Source: an uncultured Pseudomonadota bacterium
GTDB taxonomy: Bacteria > BMS3Abin14
DNA: 51,753 nucleotides
NCBI GenBank assembly: GCA_964454175.1
Contig: CAYVSA010000005.1
Span: forward strand, 2,201 to 53,953
Direction of reading: 5' to 3'
Part shown: piece after piece, positions 9,718 to 18,436 of the stretch
Layout: each line of letters begins with the position of its first letter
Numbering within the stretch: position 1 is the first letter of the stretch
Notes under the pieces: model-generated
Told to the model about the DNA's origin: nothing
Seen by the model: the letters and a program-made list of their open reading frames with translations, nothing else
Databases searched by the model: none
Made by a program: the position numbers and the translations under genes

Positions 9718-10842
9718 TTACTCACCCATCCATCCCTGATTCCCCTGTGTGAGCAAAACTCGTCTTCCCCCTCCCCTTTCCCACACTCCTGTGAGGCTGG
9801 CAGCGAACACAACAAAATCCTGGTGGAAGGGGGCAACTGTCACGCCCCCGAATGTATGATTGTCGCCGAAGGCCACGTGTACAGTTCCAAGGATCTTTTC
9901 CGACTCCAGGACGTTGTCCGGGCGGGTTGCACCCGGGTTGGTCCCGATCCCCAGTTCGGCAACGTTTGTATTTTCTGGATGGGCTGAGAAGAGTCCGTCC
10001 AGCCACCTGACTTCATCAGGGTCGTCGCCAGAGACCGCGACGGCCCTCCCCTTCTCAATGTCCACTGTAAGTGGCGTATTCAGCCTGGAAACATCGCTCC
10101 ATTCAACTACGAGCCTGCCCTCGGTGGTCCCCTCCATCGGGGCCAGAAAGACCTCTCCTGCAGGAAGATTACCGAAAGACCCGGGTTCTGTGAGGATCCC
10201 ATCATCGGCGAGAATTGGCCTGCCTTCTATACCCACCAAAAGGTTCGTTCCGTTCGGAGCACTGACTTCACAACGGCCAGCGCCTTCCAGGGCCCTTGCC
10301 AGTGTCCGCGTGGATGAAGCCAGCTCGATCCAATCCACATCCATGCTCGTGAAGAACATCCCCCTTTCAAACAGGGGCATGCTTGCGTACCGGGCACCCG
10401 AGTGGGTGGTGAGAAGTTTCCTGAAGCTGGTGTGGCTTGTCGAAAAATGCGTCAGCGCAACTACGATGTCAACAGCATCCTCTGCGACCTCAGCAGCCAC
10501 GTTTCCGGCCCTGGTCTGGTCGTTGTCATCACCGCTCTTTCTCATGATCCTTCCCAGGACTCCGTCCTCTTCCAGTTTCTGTACACCGTCCACACCGAAG
10601 GCAGCCTCCCAGACCTCGTAGGAGGGCTCCATACCGTGCCCGCCCGCAGGATTAAATACGAGGGTCTCTGCACCGGGATGGACGGTTTTCAGAAGAGAGG
10701 AAAGCTCAGAAACAAGTTCCTCCGATTTTTTATCGGGGCCCCTGTCGCCAAGGAGAAGAAGCCGCTCATTCTCCCGTACCCCCAGATTGACCTTCAGAAG
10801 AGACTCGAGCGGGGCTTTCAGGCCTTTTCCCCCTGCCGACAT
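9718..10842 (-). CDS. Aminopeptidase T-like metallopeptidase (M29 family)
   Basis: NLPAGEVFLAP, AELGIGTNP, ESEKILGTVHVAFGDN. Confidence 0.85.
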   Translation of the reverse strand: MSAGGKGLKAPLESLLKVNLGVRENERLLLLGDRGPDKKSEELVSELSSLLKTVHPGAETLVFNPAGGHGMEPSYEVWEAAFGVDGVQKLEEDGVLGRIMRKSGDDNDQTRAGNVAAEVAEDAVDIVVALTHFSTSHTSFRKLLTTHSGARYASMPLFERGMFFTSMDVDWIELASSTRTLARALEGAGRCEVSAPNGTNLLVGIEGRPILADDGILTEPGSFGNLPAGEVFLAPMEGTTEGRLVVEWSDVSRLNTPLTVDIEKGRAVAVSGDDPDEVRWLDGLFSAHPENTNVAELGIGTNPGATRPDNVLESEKILGTVHVAFGDNHTFGGVTVAPFHQDFVVFAASLTGVWERGGGRRVLLTQGNQGWMGE

Positions 10843-10843
10843 C

Positions 10844-12226
10844 CTATTCTCCTTTTTCCGGACCGCGAAGGCCCAGCTGTTTTATCTTCCTGTGAAGGTT
10901 GCTCCGTTCCAGACCAACCTCCTGGGATGTCCGGGACACGTTCCATTTGTTTTTAGAGAGCCTCACCGTGAAGAACTCCTTTTCGAATTCCTCCTTAGCC
11001 CGACGGTAATCGAGTGGTATCTCTACCCCGGAGCTGTCTCTCTTATTTTTGCCACTCTCCAGGAGGGAAGCCGGGATGAGGTTTAAATCAACCGTTTTCC
11101 CATCCGCGAGGATCACCATGCGCTCAACAACGTTTTTGAGTTCCCTCACATTACCGGGCCAGTTGTAGGAGACCATGGCGCCTAACGCCTCGACTGTAAA
11201 CCTGAGCCCCGGCTTACTGTACTGTCCGCCGAACTCATCAACGTAGTTTTCCACCAGCAGATTAATATCGTCTCTCCTGTCCCTTAGGGGAGGCAGCACG
11301 AAAGGAAAAACATTCAGCCGGAAAAAAAGGTCTTCCCTGAAACTGCCTCTGGAGATCTCCTCCTCAAGATCCTTGTTAGTTGCCGCTATGATCCGGACAT
11401 CCACTTCTATAGGCCTGTTTCCTCCAACACGTTCAAAACTCTTTTCTTCAAGGACCCTGAGGATCTTGGCCTGCGTCGCCAGGCTCATATCACCTATCTC
11501 GTCAAGAAAGAGGGTTCCGGAGTTAGCCAGGTCAAACTTTCCCAGCTTCCTGGATGTGGCTCCAGTGAATGCTCCGCGCTCATGCCCAAACAGCTCACTC
11601 TCAATAAGGTTTTCCGGTATTGCAGCACAGTTAACCGCCACAAAAGGCATCATGCTTCGCCTGGAATGGGTGTGGATCGCTCTGGCAAGGAGCTCCTTAC
11701 CTGTACCATTTTCTCCGGTGATCATGATCGAAGCCAGCGTTGGGGCCACAATAGCGACCTGGTCGAGTATCTTCAACATCACCTCAGATTCACCTACCAA
11801 CTGAGACGAGACTTCATGGCTGCTCCTCAGTGCCCGGTTCTCCTCTACAAGGCTCCTCTGGTTGAGGGCATTTTTCAGGACAAGGACCAGGCGATCTATG
11901 GAAAGGGGTTTTTCCAGAAAATCGTATGCCCCGAGTTTTGTCGCCGTCACGGCAGTCTCGATTGTTCCATGGCCGGACATTATGACAACCGGCAAATCCT
12001 CATCCAGCTGCTTGATCCCCTTCAAGGTCTCTAAACCATCCATTCCCGGCATCCAGACGTCGAGTAGGACTGCATCAAACTTTTCCGCGGCAACTCTGTT
12101 CAGCGCACTTTCACCGTCTTCCGCCTCCATGATGGAGTATCCCTCGTCCTGGAGTATGGCCTTGACACTCGACCTGACACCCCCCTCATCGTCCACCACG
12201 AGTATCAACCCGCTCTCACCCTTCAA
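10844..12226 (-). CDS. ntrX: Sigma54-dependent response regulator, NtrX-like
   Basis: REC (VVDDE, LLDVWMP, EKP), AAA+ (GENGTGKEL, GAFTGA, FLDEIGD), Fis-type HTH (GLERSNLHRKI); follows an NtrY-like kinase. Confidence 0.88.
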   Translation of the reverse strand: MKGESGLILVVDDEGGVRSSVKAILQDEGYSIMEAEDGESALNRVAAEKFDAVLLDVWMPGMDGLETLKGIKQLDEDLPVVIMSGHGTIETAVTATKLGAYDFLEKPLSIDRLVLVLKNALNQRSLVEENRALRSSHEVSSQLVGESEVMLKILDQVAIVAPTLASIMITGENGTGKELLARAIHTHSRRSMMPFVAVNCAAIPENLIESELFGHERGAFTGATSRKLGKFDLANSGTLFLDEIGDMSLATQAKILRVLEEKSFERVGGNRPIEVDVRIIAATNKDLEEEISRGSFREDLFFRLNVFPFVLPPLRDRRDDINLLVENYVDEFGGQYSKPGLRFTVEALGAMVSYNWPGNVRELKNVVERMVILADGKTVDLNLIPASLLESGKNKRDSSGVEIPLDYRRAKEEFEKEFFTVRLSKNKWNVSRTSQEVGLERSNLHRKIKQLGLRGPEKGE

Positions 12227-12244
12227 TGGTACCCACCTCCTTTA

Positions 12245-14458
12245 TCAGCCCCTGGGCCTCGGTTCAATGTCTACCGGTATGCGTACAGTCAGGATACTCC
12301 CGGCGGGAATGTTAGGCTCGAAAGTGATCTCACCGCCGTGTTCTTCAATAACGCGCCTTGTTATGGCCAGACCGAGGCCGGTACCCTCTTTTTTTGTTGA
12401 AAAGTACGGATCGAATATCCTTTCCCGGAGTTCGTCCGCTACCCCGATACCCTCATCCGCAACACTGACTGCCACGACCCCTTCAGCCGTCAGAAACTCG
12501 CTGGATATTCTCACTCCACCTTCTCCCCTGGCCTTGACTGCCTGGAGGGCATTTTCTATAAGGTTGATCATAACTCTTCTCATCTGCTGCCTGTCGTAGC
12601 TGATCTCCGGGACACTATCCTTAAGGTCGACTTCAAATCCCCCTGCGAGCTCCTTCCTGCCAGCAAAAAGTGAAACCGCCTCACTTATGGTCTCATTGAT
12701 ACTCCCTGGAACCGGCTGCAGCGTTGGCAGTCTTGCAAACCTGGAAAACTCGTCGACAAGACTTTTCATTCCCTCAACCTCGCGAATAATGGAATCGGTA
12801 CACTCCAGGAGAAGTTGGTTTTTTTTATCATCCAGCTCGCCGCCAAGCCTCCGCCTGAGCCTTTCGGCAGAGAGCTTGATAGGAGTGAGGGGGTTCTTGA
12901 TCTCATGGGCGATACGCTTGGCCACCTCGGACCATGCGGCTTTTTTCTGAGCATCAACAAGCTTTGTCATGTCTTCCAGTACAAGGACCGTACCAAGAGG
13001 GCTTCCCTCAAGGTCCTCCAGCCTGCTGATATTTATCACCAATATGAGGGGTCTTCCCTGGACTATGATCGGGATCTCCTTCTTCACTGACCTCCTGAGT
13101 CCAGCCGGGAGTTCTCCCAGAAGATCATCGATCAGTTTTGCGTGTTCAGGACTCAGCATTTTTGCGTAATGCCTGCCCATAACATCCTCGGATTTTACTC
13201 CGAACATGATCTCGGCAGCCCTGTTGAAAGTGTTTATAAGGCCCTCAGGGTCAATAGAAACCACACCGGTGCCAACGTTTCTCAAGACCGTTTCCGTATA
13301 CTGGCGTCTTTCCTCGTTCTCGTTGTAGGCGTTCTCAAGGTTCCTGTGGGCCTCTTCAAGTTGGAGGCGTCCCGTTTGAAGCTCCTCGGTCATCCTGTTG
13401 AAGGCATCTATGAGGATCCCGACTTCGTCGTGAGAATCACTTTCGACCCTGACTGAGAGGTCTCCTGAAGCAACCTTCTCTGTTCCCTCTGCTAATTTAC
13501 CTATGGGAATGGTGATCCCCCTGGCCAGATAAAACCCCAACCACGTCGCCGAAAACAGGATGAGCATAGCCAGGACAAGGAGGTAAACAACGTAGTTCAT
13601 CCTGATAGGACGCTTCTGGAGCTTCATTTCCGTCCAGCCCCGATAGGTGACTGCCAATTTCTCGGCCTTTGTGGAAATATCTTCGGGAAGGTGGAGTGAA
13701 ACGACGACAGCTCCCTGTCCCTCGCTTGTGCCTACTGGAGCGGACGCCTTGATGAATTCCCCTTTTTCTGCACTCACGATGTTGTCTGTAACCCTTCCAA
13801 CGGTACCGTTCTGCACCAGGCTGTCACGAGAATCAGTGATCATCTGCGGAACCTGGTCGTCCCAGGATCTTGCAAGGTGATCACCAGTGGGCCCGAAAAC
13901 CTCCACTGCCGACAAGGCGTAATCACGGCGCAAGCGCTCAACAAGGTCCTGGAGTTCTTTGCCCTCGCTGGCACTCCCCAGTCTCTGTGATACTTTCTGC
14001 GCCATGGTTCGAGTCCTGCCTGTCATGGTACTGTAATACTCCTGCGTGACGGATACCGCATTCTCCATCGCGTGCTCAACATCGAGATTGAACCAGAAAT
14101 CTATGCTGTCGCTGATGAATCCCCTTGCCACGAAAAAGAGCAGGACCGTCGGGATCACTGTAAACCCTACAAATATGAGAACCAGCTTGGTCCTGAGATG
14201 ATATCCGAAAACGCGCTGACGCCCCTCGTAATAGAGTTTTATCGCGTTTCTCGCCAGGAGGAACAGGAGGGCAGTAACCAGGAGGATGTTCAGGTTGATC
14301 AGGAAGAAAACAAAAAGGTTCCCGCCCTTGGGAGCAGCGCCCTGAAGCTCACGGTAGCGTCCTCCGTAAAAGAGAACAACAGCTATAGCCAGAAGCAGCA
14401 CGGCTATGGCAGTGGCCCTCGTCCTAGCATCCTTGATCCTGAATACCGGCAGTTTCAT
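12245..14458 (-). CDS. ntrY: Membrane sensor histidine kinase, NtrY-like (TMs-HAMP-PAS-HisKA-HATPase)
   Basis: AWSEVAKRIAHEIKNPLTPIKLSAERL H-box, NLIENA, DEGIG, YFSTK, GTGLGL; N-terminal LRTKLV/SIDFWF segments typical of NtrY. Confidence 0.88.
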   Translation of the reverse strand: MKLPVFRIKDARTRATAIAVLLLAIAVVLFYGGRYRELQGAAPKGGNLFVFFLINLNILLVTALLFLLARNAIKLYYEGRQRVFGYHLRTKLVLIFVGFTVIPTVLLFFVARGFISDSIDFWFNLDVEHAMENAVSVTQEYYSTMTGRTRTMAQKVSQRLGSASEGKELQDLVERLRRDYALSAVEVFGPTGDHLARSWDDQVPQMITDSRDSLVQNGTVGRVTDNIVSAEKGEFIKASAPVGTSEGQGAVVVSLHLPEDISTKAEKLAVTYRGWTEMKLQKRPIRMNYVVYLLVLAMLILFSATWLGFYLARGITIPIGKLAEGTEKVASGDLSVRVESDSHDEVGILIDAFNRMTEELQTGRLQLEEAHRNLENAYNENEERRQYTETVLRNVGTGVVSIDPEGLINTFNRAAEIMFGVKSEDVMGRHYAKMLSPEHAKLIDDLLGELPAGLRRSVKKEIPIIVQGRPLILVINISRLEDLEGSPLGTVLVLEDMTKLVDAQKKAAWSEVAKRIAHEIKNPLTPIKLSAERLRRRLGGELDDKKNQLLLECTDSIIREVEGMKSLVDEFSRFARLPTLQPVPGSINETISEAVSLFAGRKELAGGFEVDLKDSVPEISYDRQQMRRVMINLIENALQAVKARGEGGVRISSEFLTAEGVVAVSVADEGIGVADELRERIFDPYFSTKKEGTGLGLAITRRVIEEHGGEITFEPNIPAGSILTVRIPVDIEPRPRG

Positions 14459-14467
14459 CTTGCTTCC

Positions 14468-15058
14468 TCAGTAGGTAAAGTCGACCTGGGCCCAGGGGGT
14501 TTCACTGTTGAATATGGATGTGAAAAAAAAGAGGTATCCGAAAACTGAGGGCAGCTCCACCGAGTCAAGGGTGGCCATGACCCTGACCCTGTACCGAGTG
14601 CCTTCCCTGAGCTTCTCAAGAGGATACAGGGGCCACTTCTGAACACCCTTCATCCAGTTGAGGGCTTCCGTCTCGTCCTTGGTGGACCTTTCCTGCGGCT
14701 CGCTGTAGCCGTCGCCGGTGAAGCGGTAAAGCTGCTTAACGGGATTATACTGCAGGACGTGGACGAGCTTTTCCGTTCTGACGAGTTTCTCGCCAAGTAT
14801 GGACCCTTTCCTTGTAAGCCTTATTTTAAAACGAAAAGTCAGAGGAACACCGCCCTTTAACGCCTCCTTCATGAACTCGTCCAGTTCCGCCGAAAGGGAG
14901 GTTGTCAGAAGGACGTCATCCTTGCCCTGCACCAGTGCGATATTCTCAATGACCGGAGTTTTCTTGCTTTCGGCGACTGCTGACGAGGAGAAAACAGCCA
15001 GTGCTATCATAGCAGCCAGAAAAAGAGCAGCACCTCTTGGGAGGGAGGGGGTCAGCAT
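14468..15058 (-). CDS. Exported protein, probably DUF4390 family
   Basis: Signal peptide, ALKGGVPLTFRFKIRL, YNPVKQLYR; sits directly before ntrY-ntrX where DUF4390 genes usually lie. Family call is from context plus resemblance. Confidence 0.7.
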   Translation of the reverse strand: MLTPSLPRGAALFLAAMIALAVFSSSAVAESKKTPVIENIALVQGKDDVLLTTSLSAELDEFMKEALKGGVPLTFRFKIRLTRKGSILGEKLVRTEKLVHVLQYNPVKQLYRFTGDGYSEPQERSTKDETEALNWMKGVQKWPLYPLEKLREGTRYRVRVMATLDSVELPSVFGYLFFFTSIFNSETPWAQVDFTY

Positions 15059-15065
15059 CAGGCAG

Positions 15066-15093
15066 ATTATAACACCGCAGAGTATTAGCTCAA
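15066..15093 (-). promoter_or_regulatory. Extended -10 promoter, probably giving a leaderless transcript
   Basis: TG-T-TATAAT (15074-15066), TTGAGC 16 nt upstream; 7 nt between -10 and ATG 15058; no SD. Confidence 0.6.
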
Positions 15094-15256
15094 GAAGAAA
15101 GTGTTGTATTTTTGCAACAACAGTTTTTAACCTGAAGAGAAAAACCTTTGCCGAGGTTTATTTGAAAAGATAAGAGCCTGTAACGCAGAGGGCCGCCAGG
15201 AGGGCTATCCAGCCCTGACCGCAGAGAACCGCTGGGAGTACAAAGGACGGGTTTGA

Positions 15257-15284
15257 ACCACAGAGGACACAGAGAGCACAGAGG
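15257..15284. repeat. Short CACAGAG repeats x3
   Basis: accacagagg acacagagag cacagagg; related cgcagag units at ~15184 and ~15221. Confidence 0.6.
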
Positions 15285-15416
15285 AAAACCTTTTTCGGGT
15301 TTTACAGCAAAGGACAAGAACTAATTTAGCGCGGTGTTCGCGGAACACATCAAATCAAATGACAAGAGCCGTTTACTGGGTTTAGGGGTGATGTACTTAC
15401 TTAGATACATCGATAC

Positions 15417-15944
15417 TTACAGACCCGACTCCAAGACCCCCTTTATTTTCTCTACAAACGGCCCGACAGTGGTTAGGTTCATCCTGTCGAACCCAGCCGG
15501 CTCCTTCCCGATTCTTTCGTGAAACGCCAGGATCCTTTGCCTGTCCTCATCGTTGAGTTCTTCCATGATCATCCTGCCACTGAAAACGGCCACTGCATCA
15601 GGTACCTCGGGCAAAAGCGATGTGAGTTTGTCCAGGTTGGCATTCCCACCCTCCCCTGCCTTCGGTATCCACAGTGTATCCCCGCAGACGACAAAAGCAC
15701 CGGCTATGCGTCCTGATAACTCTGAGCCGAACCGGTCCAGGAATCCGGCCATCTCAGGCAGGACTGTGTAGCCATAGATCGGACTTCCAAGGACGATCGG
15801 CAGGGCCAAACTGCTGCTGTCAATTATCCCGGACCCTGCCTCACGGACGTCGAGCAGCGAAAATTCCAGGCCGTCAGCTATCGCTCCCGCATATTCCCGG
15901 GTGGAACCGTACCTGGATGCATAGACTACTATACCGTTTTTAAT
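15417..15944 (-). CDS. Flavodoxin-domain protein (Flavodoxin_5/HemG-like), probable ATT start
   Basis: The ORF-track frame (TTG 15809) extends upstream through KNGIVVYASRYGSTREYAGAIA, the FMN phosphate-binding loop; no ATG/GTG/TTG in frame before TAA; ATT at 15944 follows AGGTG. Confidence 0.75.
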   Translation of the reverse strand: MKNGIVVYASRYGSTREYAGAIADGLEFSLLDVREAGSGIIDSSSLALPIVLGSPIYGYTVLPEMAGFLDRFGSELSGRIAGAFVVCGDTLWIPKAGEGGNANLDKLTSLLPEVPDAVAVFSGRMIMEELNDEDRQRILAFHERIGKEPAGFDRMNLTTVGPFVEKIKGVLESGL

Positions 15945-15959
15945 AAAGCACCTGCATTC

Positions 15960-15998
15960 AAGTTATTATAACTTTTAGTTAATATTTTACTTTAACTA
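15960..15998 (-). promoter_or_regulatory. -10 box with two inverted repeats upstream of the flavodoxin-like gene
   Basis: TATAAT 15970-15965 inside AAGTTAT-T-ATAACTT (15960-15974); TAGTTAA-N9-TTAACTA (15976-15998). Confidence 0.6.
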
Positions 15999-16029
15999 TA
16001 AACCTGGTATGTTGTTCCCAGACACCACT

Positions 16030-16740
16030 TTAGAGCACCACACCTATCTCCGATAGTTCCTTCTCGATGACGTCAACCCACCCCCTGTTTGCAGCTGGAT
16101 TTGCCGGGCTGGGATGGCTTATGCGTCCGGTTTTTATATCCAGCCCTGACAGGGATTCGAGACACCGGCTGTATGCAAAAACTCCAATGCCGATAACGTA
16201 TGAGGGAGAAAAATACTGGATAGTACTCCTGAGGATGGTGTCGCACTGCTCAAAGAGCTTTTCCCTGGCGCCCACCGGGAGCTTGTCAGGCGTAATATTG
16301 CGCCCCTCTGCATCAAAGAAGATCAATGGACAGTAATTAATCACAAAAAATCGCACGAAAAAATCCTCAGCGTTTTTGTACCGCTCTCTTGCCCAGCCCC
16401 AGAGGCGGCTCCCACTGACTTCACTACGGGAGCAATCAAAGCCCATCACCGGTCTTTTGGGGTGCTCGAGATCCGGTTTACCCACGGTTCCCTTAATCCC
16501 CATCCAGTCCCGGACAAAGTTCACATCTCCAAAGGGGACGCCGGTCTGTGCCATTCCCCACGGCCCAGGATTCATACCCACCATGATAATTTCTTTTGGC
16601 GGCTGTCCGAGTATTCTGAAGTAGTTCGCATAAGGCCGTGCCGCATAGCTCATGGGGTTGTAAACATATTTAATTCGTTCACCGTAATCCAAGGTCTCCA
16701 TACTCATGGAAAGCCTTTTCGTTACCCGAAGCAGATCCAT
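16030..16740 (-). CDS. smug1: Uracil-DNA glycosylase family 3 (SMUG1-type)
   Basis: GMNPGPWGMAQTGVPFG, SEVSGSRLW, NYCPL, HPSPANP. Confidence 0.92.
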   Translation of the reverse strand: MDLLRVTKRLSMSMETLDYGERIKYVYNPMSYAARPYANYFRILGQPPKEIIMVGMNPGPWGMAQTGVPFGDVNFVRDWMGIKGTVGKPDLEHPKRPVMGFDCSRSEVSGSRLWGWARERYKNAEDFFVRFFVINYCPLIFFDAEGRNITPDKLPVGAREKLFEQCDTILRSTIQYFSPSYVIGIGVFAYSRCLESLSGLDIKTGRISHPSPANPAANRGWVDVIEKELSEIGVVL

Positions 16741-16767
16741 TCAGAGACCCCGTCTCCCGGCCTGTCA

Positions 16768-16808
16768 CCAAAACAAAGGGGCGTCCAGTAAACTTTGCTG
16801 AACACCCC
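16768..16808 (-). terminator. Probable intrinsic terminator after rubrerythrin
   Basis: Minus-strand GGGGUGUUCAG...CUGGACGCCCC hairpin (two GU pairs work only on this strand) followed by UUUGUUUU. Confidence 0.6.
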
Positions 16809-16842
16809 AATCGATGGCTCCCACCCGCAGTTGTTGGTAATC

Positions 16843-17337
16843 TCAGTCCACCCTGTAGAATGCCGACTTCCCCGCTCCGCAGACCTCGCAGACATCGGGG
16901 GCGCTTCCCTCAATCGTATTGCCGCAGATCTTGCAGATGTAGTAGTCTGTCTCCTCATTTTTCCCGATATCAGCCAGCGCCTTTTCATATAGCGCCGCGT
17001 GCACTTTCTCAACGGCATTGGCATAAGCGAAACTCTTCAGGGCGGTGCTTTCACCTTCGCTTTCCGCATCCAGTATCATCTGAGGGTACATACTCGTGAA
17101 TTCGTGGGTCTCGCCCTCGATGGCATCCCGGAGATTATCCTCGGTGCCGCCAACTCCCTTGAGTGCGTTAAGATGGCTGTGCGCATGAATCGTCTCCGCC
17201 TCTGCAGCGGCCCTGAAAAGCCTTGCTATCTGCGCAAGACCTTCCTCTTCTGCCTTCTTTGCATAGGCCAGATACTTCCTGTTTGCCTGCGACTCACCAG
17301 CAAAGGCTTCCTTTAAATTGTCTTCTGTCCTGGACAT
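16843..17337 (-). CDS. rbr: Rubrerythrin
   Basis: AFAGESQANRKY, EAETIHA, EGETHE, EKVHA diiron ligands; C-terminal CKICG...CEVCG rubredoxin site. Confidence 0.95.
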   Translation of the reverse strand: MSRTEDNLKEAFAGESQANRKYLAYAKKAEEEGLAQIARLFRAAAEAETIHAHSHLNALKGVGGTEDNLRDAIEGETHEFTSMYPQMILDAESEGESTALKSFAYANAVEKVHAALYEKALADIGKNEETDYYICKICGNTIEGSAPDVCEVCGAGKSAFYRVD

Positions 17338-17691
17338 CCGGTAACCTCCTCTTTAACTGAAACTGTTCATGATTATGTTTAAAGCCACTGCGTTAAGAAT
17401 ATCCCCCGGGAGGTCTATTATCAAGCTCAAGTATTCATACTCGTGGCACATCCACCATATCTACTATATGTCACCTTAGTAAAAACAGGCCATTGAGAAA
17501 TTTTACACTGAGATTGGACCAGGAAAAACAGCCTCCTGCGTATCACAGTTTTTGAATTTTCATCGTAAATGTGGCATATTCGAAGCACTCTTGTTGATCA
17601 CCCTGCTTTGATCTGCAGTTTATGAATTTATTTCCTTACAGGTTTTGAGCCGTCCCGATCAGGTTTATGAAATTATGCAGGTGACCACGAA

Positions 17692-18414
17692 TTGAAAACA
17701 GTTATCGTTATCGACCCATCCGATCACTATCGTAATTTTCTGCAACAGTTCCTTGAGCGTCTGGATTACGCGGCTTTGCCCGCATCAAGCGTAGGCAGTG
17801 GAATGGAGCTTGTAAGACGGAATCTCCCTGATCTTGTCATCATCGGCGATGGTTTCGCAGATAGTGGCGAACAGCAATTGTGTCAGGTAATAACGAACGA
17901 CCCCCTCACAAGTAAAATACCGGTAATAATGCTGCATTCTGATCATAGTGAAGGGTCCAGAGAAGCCGCACAAGCAAGCGGGTGTACCGAATTTCTGTCT
18001 AAACCAGTCAAAACAAGGGCACTATATGACAGTGTCGAAAAGTTTGTTTCCGGGCGCCGTAGAACTCACATAAGGACCCCCATGAACATTGGCGTAATGC
18101 TCAAAGGTCCTGTGGAAAGTTACGGAGCGGTTTCACGTAATTTCGGTGAGGGAGGAGTGTTTCTCGGGACAGATTCACAGGAGCCGGAGGGAACAAGGCT
18201 GGATATGACTTTTAGTCTTCCGGGCATCACTGAGAAATTCCACGTTGAGGGTGAAGTGACTTTTTCGTCAGGCATACAGGGTGAAGCCGTTTCGATGGGT
18301 ATGGGGATAAAGTTCACTGACCTCGACCCAGGCACTCAGTCGTCCCTGTCCGACTATATGTTACGTTATCTGTCAGGCGCTGAAACTGGGGACAGTATCA
18401 ACCTGCATTCGTAA
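17692..18414 (+). CDS. Atypical receiver + PilZ-domain protein
   Basis: REC fold (PDLVIIGDG, PVIML, FLSKPV), then RRRTHIRTP (RxxxR) and NFGEGG, GMGIKFTDL. TTG start. Confidence 0.8.
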   Translation: MKTVIVIDPSDHYRNFLQQFLERLDYAALPASSVGSGMELVRRNLPDLVIIGDGFADSGEQQLCQVITNDPLTSKIPVIMLHSDHSEGSREAAQASGCTEFLSKPVKTRALYDSVEKFVSGRRRTHIRTPMNIGVMLKGPVESYGAVSRNFGEGGVFLGTDSQEPEGTRLDMTFSLPGITEKFHVEGEVTFSSGIQGEAVSMGMGIKFTDLDPGTQSSLSDYMLRYLSGAETGDSINLHS

Positions 18415-18436
18415 CCCGCAAACTACGCCTTTAGCT

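Noticed and set aside
15090-15317. 75-aa Cys-rich minus-strand ORF
   Set aside because: Its Cys pattern comes from translating the CACAGAG repeats; no RBS, and it runs into the ntrYX promoter.
16778-16808. GGGGTGTTCAGCAAAG as an IS terminal repeat
   Set aside because: No transposase or second end nearby; a terminator explains the strand-specific GU pairs and U tail.
17345-17440. Possible Fur/PerR box upstream of rubrerythrin (ATAATCAT, TGATAAT)
   Set aside because: Only half-sites, no symmetric box.
17572-17586. Possible sigma54 promoter TGGCAT-ATTCGAA-GC before REC-PilZ
   Set aside because: GG-N10-GC spacing is right, but the -12 element is AAGC rather than TTGC; too weak.
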